Shown: positions 8,807 through 19,418 of the stretch, one piece after another
Layout of the letters: each line of letters opens with the position of its first letter
How positions within the stretch are numbered: position 1 is the first letter of the stretch
Assembly (NCBI GenBank): GCA_963716255.1
Contig: OY970303.1
Span: forward strand, 2,528,001-2,592,000
Origin: an uncultured Gemmatimonadales bacterium
GTDB taxonomy: Bacteria; Gemmatimonadota; Gemmatimonadetes; Longimicrobiales; Longimicrobiaceae
Reading direction: 5' to 3'
DNA length: 64,000 nucleotides
Made by a program: the position numbers and the translations under genes
The notes under the pieces: generated by a model
Seen by the model: the letters and a program-made list of their open reading frames with translations, nothing else
Database searches by the model: none
Told to the model about the DNA's origin: nothing

Positions 8807-10378
8807 ATGACCGGATCGCCTCCTCTTCGCATCCTTTCCGCTTCCGCACTTCTCCCCCTCGCCCTTGCAATCCTACCCGGCTGCGCGGCCGGCCGCCCCG
8901 CCACGGAGGCCGTTCCGGCGGCGCAGGGGAGCGGCGAACGGATCGCGGCCATCGAGAGCCGGGTACGCGCGCGCATGGAGGAGCTGCGCGCCGCCGGGAG
9001 CTTTCCCGGCGCCACGGTGGGCTTCGTGCTGCCGGACGGGAGCGCGGGCGAGGTGGCGGTAGGGATGGCGGACGTGGAGGCGGAGACACCCATGCGGCCG
9101 GGCGACCGCATGCTGGCGGGGAGCATCGGCAAGACGTTCGCGGCGGCGCTGGCGATGCAGCTGGCCGCGGAGGGGCGGCTGGAGCTGGACGCGCCGGTGT
9201 CGCGCTGGCTGGGCGGCGAGCCCTGGTTCGCGCGCGTCCCCAACGCTGGCGGCATCACGGTCCGCATGCTCCTGAACCACACCTCGGGAATCGAGGAGCA
9301 CGTGGAGAACGCCGCGTTCCAGGCGGCGATCCGCGCCGATCCGGACCACGTCTGGGAGCCGGCGGAGCTCGTGGCGTACGTCCTCGGCCGCCCGGCCCTC
9401 TTTCCGGCCGGCGGGGGGTGGAGCTACGCGGACACCAACTACATCCTGCTGGGGATGGTGCTGGAGCGGATCACCGGGACCCCCTTCTACGCGGAGGCGG
9501 ACCGCCGCTTCGTGAAGCCGCTGGGCCTCTCCGCCACCGTCCCCTCCAACCGGCGCGTGCTCCCCGGGCTGGTGCCGGGCTACATCGTGCCGGAGTTCAA
9601 CCCCTTCGGCTTCGCGGCGAAGACGCTGGAGGGCGGGCGCTTCGTGGTGAACCCGCAGTTCGAGTGGACGGGCGGCGGCTACGCCTCCACCCCGCGAGAC
9701 CTGGCCCGCTGGGCCCGTGCCCTGTACACGGGGAGCGCCTTCCCCGCGGCGTGGGTGGACACCATGCTGGTCTCCGTGCCCGCGGCCACGGGGCCGGGCG
9801 ACCGCTACGGGCTGGGCGTGCAGGTGAAGCAGACCCCGCTGGGCGTATCCTACGGGCACAGCGGCTGGTTCCCCGGATACCTCTCGGAGATGATGTACTT
9901 TCCCGCCCACGGGATCGCCGTGGCCGTGCAGGTCAACACCGACCACGGGCGGCGCCTGGGCCGGCCTCTGCCGGGCCTGGTCGGCGAGGTGGCGGCGGTG
10001 GTCGCCGCGGCCGTGCACCCGGAGCGTGCGTGCGCGCCGCCCCCGGCGCGGGTGGAGGCGCACTGCTTCGCGGAAGCGGGCGCCGTTCATGGCCGGCGCG
10101 CTGGTGGACACGCTGCGCCGCGAGGGTTATTACGAGGTGGACTCCACGACGTTCGCGGCGTGGCGCCGGCGGCGGGGCCGCGCCTCCCGGTGCTGCTGCT
10201 CTCGCACGGCTTCGGCGTGTCGCGCTCCAGCTACACGGCGCTCGCGGAGGAGCTCGCGAGCCACGGCTACGCGGTCGCCGCCGTGGACCACACCTACGGC
10301 GGCATCCTGGGCGGCGGCGGCGGTGGGCTTCTCGACGCGCCCTCGGCCCGCTACCCTGGAGTGGTCTTCGTGAAGTAG
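8807..10378 (+). CDS. Serine hydrolase (class C beta-lactamase-like) lipoprotein with an appended alpha/beta-hydrolase remnant
   Basis: Lipobox LPGC, SxxK (SIGK), LLNHTSG, YxN-region YADTNY, HSG motif. Tail contains PVLLLSHGFG..LASHGYAVAAVDH. Confidence 0.8.
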   Translation: MTGSPPLRILSASALLPLALAILPGCAAGRPATEAVPAAQGSGERIAAIESRVRARMEELRAAGSFPGATVGFVLPDGSAGEVAVGMADVEAETPMRPGDRMLAGSIGKTFAAALAMQLAAEGRLELDAPVSRWLGGEPWFARVPNAGGITVRMLLNHTSGIEEHVENAAFQAAIRADPDHVWEPAELVAYVLGRPALFPAGGGWSYADTNYILLGMVLERITGTPFYAEADRRFVKPLGLSATVPSNRRVLPGLVPGYIVPEFNPFGFAAKTLEGGRFVVNPQFEWTGGGYASTPRDLARWARALYTGSAFPAAWVDTMLVSVPAATGPGDRYGLGVQVKQTPLGVSYGHSGWFPGYLSEMMYFPAHGIAVAVQVNTDHGRRLGRPLPGLVGEVAAVVAAAVHPERACAPPPARVEAHCFAEAGAVHGRRAGGHAAPRGLLRGGLHDVRGVAPAAGPRLPVLLLSHGFGVSRSSYTALAEELASHGYAVAAVDHTYGGILGGGGGGLLDAPSARYPGVVFVK

Positions 10379-10434
10379 CCCGGCGCCGGCCCCCGGCCGG
10401 CCGCACCCCTCTCCACCTCCCGACGGAGCACCGA

Positions 10435-10878
10435 ATGACCCGACTTCCCGCCGTCCTCCTCGCCCTGGCGCTCGCCGCCTGCGGCAGCGCCATGGCCGGC
10501 GCCCCCGGCCCCGCGTCCGACCCCACGGCGGAGATCCTGGCTCTCCAGGACTCCACCGCCCGGGCCTGGAACCACGCCAACCTGGACGGCCACGTGGCGC
10601 CCTACGCCGACACGGCCACCTTCATGGCACGCGGCCCGGTGCGCGGCCGCGACCGCATCCGCGCGTCGCTGGAGCGCAGCTTCTGGCGCGAGGGAAGGCC
10701 GCTCCAGCAGCTCCGCTACGACAGCCTGACGGTGCGCCCCATGGGCCCGGGCCACGCCCTGGTGACCGGCAAGTTCACCCTGTACGGCGGCGGCCGCGAC
10801 GACCGCAGCGGCTGGTTCTCGCTGCTGTACGCCCGCACCGCCGAGGGCTGGAAGATCCTGCACGACCACTCGTCGTAG
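10435..10878 (+). CDS. NTF2/SnoaL-like (YybH/DUF4440) lipoprotein
   Basis: Lipobox LAAC, AWN..NLDG, C-terminal GWKILHDHSS. Confidence 0.85.
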   Translation: MTRLPAVLLALALAACGSAMAGAPGPASDPTAEILALQDSTARAWNHANLDGHVAPYADTATFMARGPVRGRDRIRASLERSFWREGRPLQQLRYDSLTVRPMGPGHALVTGKFTLYGGGRDDRSGWFSLLYARTAEGWKILHDHSS

Positions 10879-10901
10879 AAGCCGCCCACACCCGCACCAA
10901 C

Positions 10902-10935
10902 GCGAGCGGCGCCCCCCGTGGGGGCGCCGCTCGCG
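10902..10935 (+). terminator. GC-rich stem-loop after the YybH-like gene
   Basis: GCGAGCGGCGCCCCC-CGT-GGGGGCGCCGCTCGC inverted repeat, no U-tract. Confidence 0.5.
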
Positions 10936-11034
10936 CATGGAGCCGGATCGGGGAAGAGGCCGTGAGGGACCGGCGGAGCGCGAGGACCCGGAACGCCCGC
11001 CGACGACCTCCCCCCGACGTGAACGGCCCGGCGG

Positions 11035-11089
11035 CCCTCACCCGGCTCGCTTGAGGCTCGCCACCCTCTCCCAATTCCGGGAGAGGGGG
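11035..11089 (+). repeat. Palindromic repeat family B (REP-like)
   Basis: CCCTCACCCGGCTCGCTTGAGGCTCGCCACCCTCTCCC-AATTCC-GGGAGAGGG, with an inverted near-copy at 15476-15528. Confidence 0.8.
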
Positions 11090-11122
11090 CAACGGCTGGA
11101 GATCGCGGCTACATCTGAACTT

Positions 11123-11251
11123 GCGTGAGGGATTTCGGCCCGAAGGGGCGAGACCCCGCGGCAGTTTGCGGGGGCTCGACTCCGTTGCACACGGTAGTTT
11201 CGTGTGCTGCGGAGCCGAAGCCCGACCCCGGCGCCAGCCGGGGGCACGCCC
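11123..11251 (+). repeat. Structured intergenic repeat family A, copy 1
   Basis: GCGTGAGGGATTTCGGCCCGAAGGGGCGAGA...CGGAGCCGAAGCCCGACCCCGGCGCCAGCCGGGGGCACGCCC. Confidence 0.95.
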
Positions 11252-11294
11252 AACCCTGCCGTAAAAAGCCGTTGCCGTAAATCGTTGTCCTACC

Positions 11295-11957
11295 TCACTG
11301 GACGGTAATCACGCCCACCATGCCGGAGGTGAAGCTGGTCGAGTGCGGCCGGCACCGGAACCGGTACGTGCCCGGCGTGGCGAACGTGACGGAGAAGTTG
11401 TCGGCGGCACTGCCCAGGTCGTGCTCCACCCAGCTCCCGGACGGGGTCTCCGGGGTGACCGTGTGGCCCACGCCGGTGCCGTACTCGAAGCGGACCGTCC
11501 CCCCGGCGGGGATGGCGACGCTGCCGTTGGTGAAGGAAGCGTCGGCGGTCCGCACGGTCGCGGTCGCCCCGCCGCCCACCGTCTGCACGGACCAGCTCAC
11601 CGTGGCCGTGCCGCCGGCCGTGACGGTGGCGCTCTTCGCGGCCGTCTCGCTCCCCAGGCCGAAGCCCGCGGGGAGCTGCGACAGGGTGACGGTGTAGGCG
11701 CCCGGCTGGAGGTTGTCGAAGCGGACCTGGCCGTTGCTGCCCGTGGCGGCCGTCGCGCCGCCCGTGATCGCCACCTGGGCACCCTGCACGGTGGTCGCTC
11801 CGGCCCCCACCTGCGCCACCACCGAGCCGGTGGTGGGGCCGGGGCCGGGGCCCGTGCCGCCGTCGGCGCCGCCGCCCGCGCAGGCGGCGGCCAGGCCGGA
11901 TCCCAGCGCGACCGCCGCGGCGGCGGCGAAAAGGACTCGAACTCGTGAAGCGCTCAT
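11295..11957 (-). CDS. Lipoprotein with a carboxypeptidase-regulatory-like domain and a plastocyanin/azurin-type cupredoxin domain
   Basis: Lipobox LAAAC, VRFDNLQPGAYTVT, type-1 Cu ligands H(TVT)...PGTYRFRC.PH......GM.G.I.V. Confidence 0.82.
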   Translation of the reverse strand: MSASRVRVLFAAAAAVALGSGLAAACAGGGADGGTGPGPGPTTGSVVAQVGAGATTVQGAQVAITGGATAATGSNGQVRFDNLQPGAYTVTLSQLPAGFGLGSETAAKSATVTAGGTATVSWSVQTVGGGATATVRTADASFTNGSVAIPAGGTVRFEYGTGVGHTVTPETPSGSWVEHDLGSAADNFSVTFATPGTYRFRCRPHSTSFTSGMVGVITVQ

Positions 11958-12010
11958 GCAACACCTCGGGAACGGGACAGGAATGTGGAGGCGAATCCGT
12001 ACCCGGGAAG

Positions 12011-12026
12011 GGCAAGCCGCGATCCC
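12011..12026 (-). promoter_or_regulatory. Candidate sigma-54 promoter for the cupredoxin gene
   Basis: Minus strand reads GGGATCGCGGCTTGCC (GG-N10-GC with TTGC), about 55 nt upstream of the ATG. Confidence 0.5.
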
Positions 12027-12114
12027 GCCCCGCGCGGGCCGGTCCGGCGGGCGCAGGGTGTTGCGGTGACCGCGTTTGAATGGTAAACAGGCGGCGGAGA
12101 CGGGGACCGCGCCG

Positions 12115-12151
12115 TGTAGCGTTTCGGAACACGCTGCCGGCCGGCGGGACA
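12115..12151. promoter_or_regulatory. Tandem candidate enhancer (UAS) sites, TGT-N11-ACA
   Basis: TGTAGCGTTTCGGAACA (12115-12131) and TGCCGGCCGGCGGGACA (12135-12151). Confidence 0.55.
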
Positions 12152-12159
12152 GCGCGGCT

Positions 12160-13158
12160 TCAGGCGGAGGGGGCGAGGCCGTCGAGGAGGGCGAGGACGG
12201 CGGCGGCCTCGGCGGCGGCACCCAGCCCGTGGAACTGGAGGGCGGAGTCGCCGAGCGCTTCGCGGGCGGCGGCGGTGTCGCCCCGGTCGCGGAGGAGGAG
12301 GCCACGGTCGCGCTGCACCTCGGCCCGCAGAAGGGCGTCGGAGTGGGCGCGGGCGGCCTCGAACGCCTCGTCCAGGAGCGCCGCGGCCGCGTCGTCGTCC
12401 GCGGAGGCGCGGGCGGCGAGCGCGAGCACGCGGAGGGTCTCGGCGCGCCCCACGGGGTCTCCGATGCGCTCGAAGCGGCCCCGCGCGCGCAGCGCCAGGG
12501 TGCGGGCCAGCGCCCCGTCGCCGCCGCGGGCGCGCAGCACGGCGCGCTCCGTCTCGGCGATGGCCACCACGTCCTCGCTGTCGGAGGCCGCGGCCAGCTC
12601 GATGGCGCGCAGGTAGTGGGCGTCGGCCTCGCGGTCGAAGCCCAGGTCGCGGTACGAGATCCCCAGGTTGTGGTGCGTCTGGGCCAGGCCGCGCGTGTAC
12701 CCCAGCCGCTGGTACGAGGCCACGGCACGGCCGTACCAGGCCAGCGCGCGGTCGCGCTCGCCGCGGATGTTGGCGAGCATCCCCAGGTTGTTGCAGGCGC
12801 GCCCGGCGAACTCCTCGTCGCCGCCGTCGGAGGACAGCTCCAGCAGTTCCTCGAAGCGTCCGCCCGCGGCGTCGTTGCGCCCCAGCTCGAAGAGGCAGAT
12901 CCCCACCAGGTTCACCAGGTTCACCAGCAGGCGGCGGTCGCCTCGCTGGCGCACGGGGGTTTCCAGCCCCTCGGCGACCTGCAGCGCCTCGGGCGTGCGG
13001 CCCACCCGGCGGAGAGCGTCGGCGTGGTGAAAGGACACCTCCGGCTCCTCGGGAACGGGGGAGGCGGACACGCGCTCCACGATCCGCTGCCACTCGCGCC
13101 GGGACGCGAGGGAGCGGACCTCCTCCAGGGAAGGAACGGGAGCGGTGGGAAGGGACAC
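12160..13158 (-). CDS. Tetratricopeptide repeat protein
   Basis: Repeated NLVG/NNLG/HNLG...A...Y..A helical repeats. Confidence 0.85.
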   Translation of the reverse strand: MSLPTAPVPSLEEVRSLASRREWQRIVERVSASPVPEEPEVSFHHADALRRVGRTPEALQVAEGLETPVRQRGDRRLLVNLVNLVGICLFELGRNDAAGGRFEELLELSSDGGDEEFAGRACNNLGMLANIRGERDRALAWYGRAVASYQRLGYTRGLAQTHHNLGISYRDLGFDREADAHYLRAIELAAASDSEDVVAIAETERAVLRARGGDGALARTLALRARGRFERIGDPVGRAETLRVLALAARASADDDAAAALLDEAFEAARAHSDALLRAEVQRDRGLLLRDRGDTAAAREALGDSALQFHGLGAAAEAAAVLALLDGLAPSA

Positions 13159-13159
13159 G

Positions 13160-13816
13160 TCAGTCGTCCGCGCGCCTGGCCGCGCCGCGGTTGCTGGCGA
13201 CGGCGTAGCGGGTGAAGCCGGGGATGGACGTGCTCAGCTCGTGGAGCTCGTCGTCGCGCCGCGTGGCCATGCGCTCCCACGGCTGCCCCACGGATTCCTG
13301 CCGCCACAGCTGCAGGTTCTCCTCGATGCTCTCGTCGGTCTTGTCGCGCCGACCGTCGCCGTCGTAGTCCTGGTCCGCCCACCAGAACGAGACGCGCAGC
13401 CGCGCCGGGTTGGACGGGTTGAAGCGGAGCCCCGCCGGCGCGAACTCGAAGCGGAAGGCCTCCGGGTCCACCGCGCGCACGGTGACCAGCACCGAGTCGC
13501 CCGGCTGCACGGCGCGGCCGTCCGGGTGCCGCAGCAGCGACCCCGCCGGCACCACGAACTCCATGCACAGCTGGTACTTGCCGGGCTTGATCCCCACGTA
13601 TTTGAAGGCGACGCTGCGGGTCTGCCCGGGCTTTGCCCAGAAGGACCCCTCCACGATGTCCAGCGGCGGCGCGTCCGGGTCGGCGCGGGCGAAGAACAGC
13701 TGGTCCTCGGCGAGCCGGTCGCCCACCGCCCCCTCGGGAAGCAGGTCCTCGCACCCCGCGAGCACGGGGGCGGCGAGGAGGGCGAGGAGAAGCGTCAGTC
13801 TACGGGTCGATCGCAT
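13160..13816 (-). CDS. Hypothetical lipoprotein
   Basis: MRSTRR signal peptide with LAGC lipobox, FAPAGLRF...GFTRYAVA. Confidence 0.75.
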   Translation of the reverse strand: MRSTRRLTLLLALLAAPVLAGCEDLLPEGAVGDRLAEDQLFFARADPDAPPLDIVEGSFWAKPGQTRSVAFKYVGIKPGKYQLCMEFVVPAGSLLRHPDGRAVQPGDSVLVTVRAVDPEAFRFEFAPAGLRFNPSNPARLRVSFWWADQDYDGDGRRDKTDESIEENLQLWRQESVGQPWERMATRRDDELHELSTSIPGFTRYAVASNRGAARRADD

Positions 13817-13870
13817 GGCTGGCTCGGGCCTGGTGAAGTGGTGCGTGCCGGGTCTTCGCCGCGCCGTTGG

Positions 13871-13886
13871 GGCAAGCGCCGCGCCC
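13871..13886 (-). promoter_or_regulatory. Candidate sigma-54 promoter for the lipoprotein-TPR pair
   Basis: Minus strand reads GGGCGCGGCGCTTGCC (GG-N10-GC). Confidence 0.55.
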
Positions 13887-13927
13887 GGTGTTTCCCCGCG
13901 CCGCGCCTGGGTTTCCGGGCCGGGCGC

Positions 13928-13963
13928 TGTCCCGGTCCGCGACGGATGTATCATTCCGGGACA
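13928..13963. promoter_or_regulatory. Tandem candidate UAS sites
   Basis: TGTCCCGGTCCGCGACG (13928-13944) and TGTATCATTCCGGGACA (13947-13963). Confidence 0.5.
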
Positions 13964-15285
13964 CCCTCCTCGCCCAGCAGCCGGTACAGCCGCGAGCGGG
14001 AGATGCGCAGCGCCTCGGCGGCGGCGCTCTTGTTCCCGGCCATCTGCTCGGTCATGGCCACGGCCGCGGCGCGCTCGATCTCCTCCATGGGAGCCGGGAA
14101 GGGGATGGGCCCGTTCCGCGCCGCGGGGGCCGGCCGGGCCCGGGGGAACAGGTCCGCCGGGTCGATGTGCCCGTCGCCCAGCAGCAGGGCGCGCTCCACG
14201 CCGTTGCGCAGCTCGCGCACGTTCCCCGGCCAGGCGTGCGCCAGCAGGGCCCGCCGCAGCGGCGGGTCGATGGCCGGGACGGGGAGGTCGTACTGGACGG
14301 CCAGCGTCCGCAGGAAGTGCTCCGCGAGGAGCACCACGTCCTCGCCGCGCTCGCGCAGCGGCGGGAGGTGGATGGGGACCACGCTCAGCCGGTAGTACAG
14401 GTCCTCGCGGAAGTCGCCGCGCGCCACGGCGGCCTCCAGGTCCACGTGGGTGGCGGCGACGATGCGGACGTCCACCTCGCGCGGGCGCACGGCGCCCAGC
14501 CGGCGCACCTGCTTCTCGTCCAGCACCTTGAGGATCTTGCCCTGGAGCGCCAGCGGCAGGTCGCCGATCTCGTCCAGGAAGAGGGTGCCGCCGTGCGCCG
14601 CCTCGAAGAGCCCGGGCTTTGCGGTGCGCGCGTCCGTGAACGCCCCGCGCTCGTGCCCGAACAGCTCGGACTCCAGCAGCCCGGCGGGGATTGCGGTGCA
14701 GTTGATCTCCACGAACGGCTGCGCCGCGCGGGGACCGTTGTAGTGGATGGCCTGGGCCAGCAGCTCCTTGCCCGTGCCGGTCTCGCCGGTGAGCAGCACC
14801 GTGGCGCGGTCGCGCGGGATGATGCGCGACGCCCGGTCCAGCGCCGCGCGCAGCTGCGGGCTCTCGCCCACCACGCGGCGGAAGTCGAAGGTGGCGCGCT
14901 CGGCGGCGGCGTGGCGCCCCCCCGCCGCGCGGGAGTCGCGCCGCCGCGCCCGCTCGGCCAGCTCGGCGCGCAGGTCGTCCAGGTCGCCGGGGAGGGCGAA
15001 GTAGTCCGCGGCGCCGGAGCGCACCAGCGCCGCCGCCAGCCGGTGGTCCGCCCGCGCCCCCACCACCAGCGCCGGCGGCGCCCCGGCCGCCGCGAGCGCG
15101 CGCAGCGCCGGCTCGGCCTCCTCCTCCACCCCCGCCACGCACAGCACCACCGCCAGCGCGTCCGGGGCGGACCCGGCGTCCTCCGCCTGCGGGGCCACGC
15201 GCGGCTCCGCCCCGGCGTCCGCGGCCAGCCGGGGCCACAGCGACGAGAAGGAATCGGAGGGTGCGACGACGTACAGGATGCTCAA
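13951..15285 (-). CDS. Sigma-54-dependent transcriptional activator (degenerate receiver-like N-terminus, AAA+, Fis HTH)
   Basis: GETGTGKE, ESELFGHERGAFTDA, LFLDEIG, WPGNVREL, NKSAAAEALRISRSRLYR. Start uncertain (TTG at 15285). Confidence 0.9.
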   Translation of the reverse strand: MSILYVVAPSDSFSSLWPRLAADAGAEPRVAPQAEDAGSAPDALAVVLCVAGVEEEAEPALRALAAAGAPPALVVGARADHRLAAALVRSGAADYFALPGDLDDLRAELAERARRRDSRAAGGRHAAAERATFDFRRVVGESPQLRAALDRASRIIPRDRATVLLTGETGTGKELLAQAIHYNGPRAAQPFVEINCTAIPAGLLESELFGHERGAFTDARTAKPGLFEAAHGGTLFLDEIGDLPLALQGKILKVLDEKQVRRLGAVRPREVDVRIVAATHVDLEAAVARGDFREDLYYRLSVVPIHLPPLRERGEDVVLLAEHFLRTLAVQYDLPVPAIDPPLRRALLAHAWPGNVRELRNGVERALLLGDGHIDPADLFPRARPAPAARNGPIPFPAPMEEIERAAAVAMTEQMAGNKSAAAEALRISRSRLYRLLGEEGVPE

Positions 15286-15324
15286 GCGTGGGGCGGCGCG
15301 CGACGGGACGGGAGGGAGGCGAAA

Positions 15325-15345
15325 CGTGTAGCGTTTCGCTACACG
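15325..15345. promoter_or_regulatory. Perfect palindrome upstream of the activator, candidate autoregulatory site
   Basis: CGTGTAGCG-TTT-CGCTACACG, core TGT-N11-ACA, nearly identical to the site at 12115. Confidence 0.6.
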
Positions 15346-15399
15346 ATAGCGGCCCGAGGAAGGGAACGGAAGTGCGGAAGCACGGACCGGCGACAGCGA

Positions 15400-15528
15400 C
15401 CCCCTCCCCCGGCCCCTCCCCGCAAGGGGGAGGGGAGAACGACACGACAACGGCGAGGATTGCAGCGTGGAGATGCCCCCTCCCCCGGAACGGGGGAGGG
15501 TGGCGAGCCTCAAGCGAGCCGGGTGGGG
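15400..15528. repeat. Two palindromic family-B-like units
   Basis: CCCCTCCCC-GCAA-GGGGGAGGGG at about 15400-15436, and an inverted family B copy at 15476-15528. Confidence 0.7.
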
Positions 15529-15554
15529 CCCCCGCGGACGCCAGCGCGAAACCC

Positions 15555-15683
15555 GCGTGAGGGATTTCGGCCCGAAGGGGCGAGACCGCGCGGCTGTTTG
15601 CGCGGGCTCGACTCCGTTGGGCAGCGTTGTTTGCTGCCCTACGGAGCCGAAGCCCGACCCCGGCGCCCGCCGGGGGCACGCCC
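15555..15683 (+). repeat. Repeat family A, copy 2
   Basis: Same termini and scaffold as copy 1. Confidence 0.95.
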
Positions 15684-15927
15684 GAACCCTCAGTTCCCGA
15701 AACCGCATCACCCTGCCACCCGTAAGGCACTTCGTCTCGCACCGCGCGGAATCCACCCGCACCCGCCACGCACCGCTCGTCCCCGGCGCGTTGTGGACAC
15801 CGGCGGGAAGCGGCTCAATTCACCTTGCCGGCGCGCGCTGCGTCTTCCAACCATCCGGCACACGCCGGTGTCCAACGGGGTGCCCGCGCCAGGCCCCACT
15901 CCAACCCGTCCGTCCCACGAGGTCCCG

Positions 15928-18636
<2,709 letters not shown>

Positions 18637-18656
18637 ACAGCTTTGACAGCGGGTTC

Positions 18657-18785
18657 GGGCGTGCCCCCGGCTGGCGCCGGGGTCGGGCTTCGGCTCCGTA
18701 AGCCCGCAAACAACGCGGGCTAACGGAGTCGAGCCCCGCGAAACTGCCCGCGGGTCTCGCCCCTTCGGGCCGGAATCCCTCACGC
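18657..18785 (-). repeat. Repeat family A, copy 3
   Basis: Reverse complement of the copy 1 scaffold. Confidence 0.95.
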
Positions 18786-18954
18786 AGCTTCCTGCGGCGC
18801 CCCAGACGGGATCTTCCGTCGGGGGCGCTGCCGCTCTGCGCTTTCGCCGGTCCGGATCTCGCGCGGGCGGTGGGGAAGCCAGACCCTTGTTGGGCGGTGC
18901 GCGGCGCACGACTATGTACGATCGGGTGTCTCACCGACAACACGGGAGGGTACG

Positions 18955-19407
18955 ATGGATCCGGTTCTGATGGCCCTTGCCGGCAAGGCGCTGCAGCTCG
19001 TGGGACCCTACATCGCCAGGGGCGGCGAGAAGGTGGCCGAGGCGCTGGGAGAACAGATCGGGAAGCAGGTGGGGGGGCTGGTGGAGCGGATCCGCGCGTG
19101 GTTCGGCCGGGACCCCGCCGGTGCCCAGGTGCTGGAGCGCTACGGCTCCGACCCGGAGGCGAACAGGGCCGCGGCGCAGCAGGCACTGGCGGAAGGGATG
19201 GACCGCGACCCGGCGTTCCGGACCGAGCTGGAGCGCGAGGTGAACCGGTTCGGCCCGGTCCTGAGCGTGGTGCAGCGGATCCAGGACGGCGAGCGCATCA
19301 CCGGCGCCGAGATCCGCTCGATCACGCAGGGGCTGGTGCAGGTGCACCAGGACGTCGGCACGGCCAGGGACGTGACCGGAGCGAAGATCGACACGTTCGG
19401 CGGGTGA
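18955..19407 (+). CDS. Small Bell-like helical protein with two C-terminal 21-aa beta repeats (candidate amyloid-controlled effector)
   Basis: RBS GGAGG. Hydrophobic MDPVLMALAG start, ~100-aa helical domain, repeats LSVVQRIQDGERITGAEIRSI and VQVHQDVGTARDVTGAKIDTF. Confidence 0.75.
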   Translation: MDPVLMALAGKALQLVGPYIARGGEKVAEALGEQIGKQVGGLVERIRAWFGRDPAGAQVLERYGSDPEANRAAAQQALAEGMDRDPAFRTELEREVNRFGPVLSVVQRIQDGERITGAEIRSITQGLVQVHQDVGTARDVTGAKIDTFGG

Positions 19408-19418
19408 GGGAGGGCGCC

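Noticed and set aside
13867..15927. Long N-terminal extension of the 1589-aa ORF, and other long Arg/Pro/Gly-rich ORFs in the track (e.g. 15820-18909, 48582-52409)
   Set aside because: These are shadow frames of real genes in high-GC DNA. They lack motifs and overlap better-supported CDSs.
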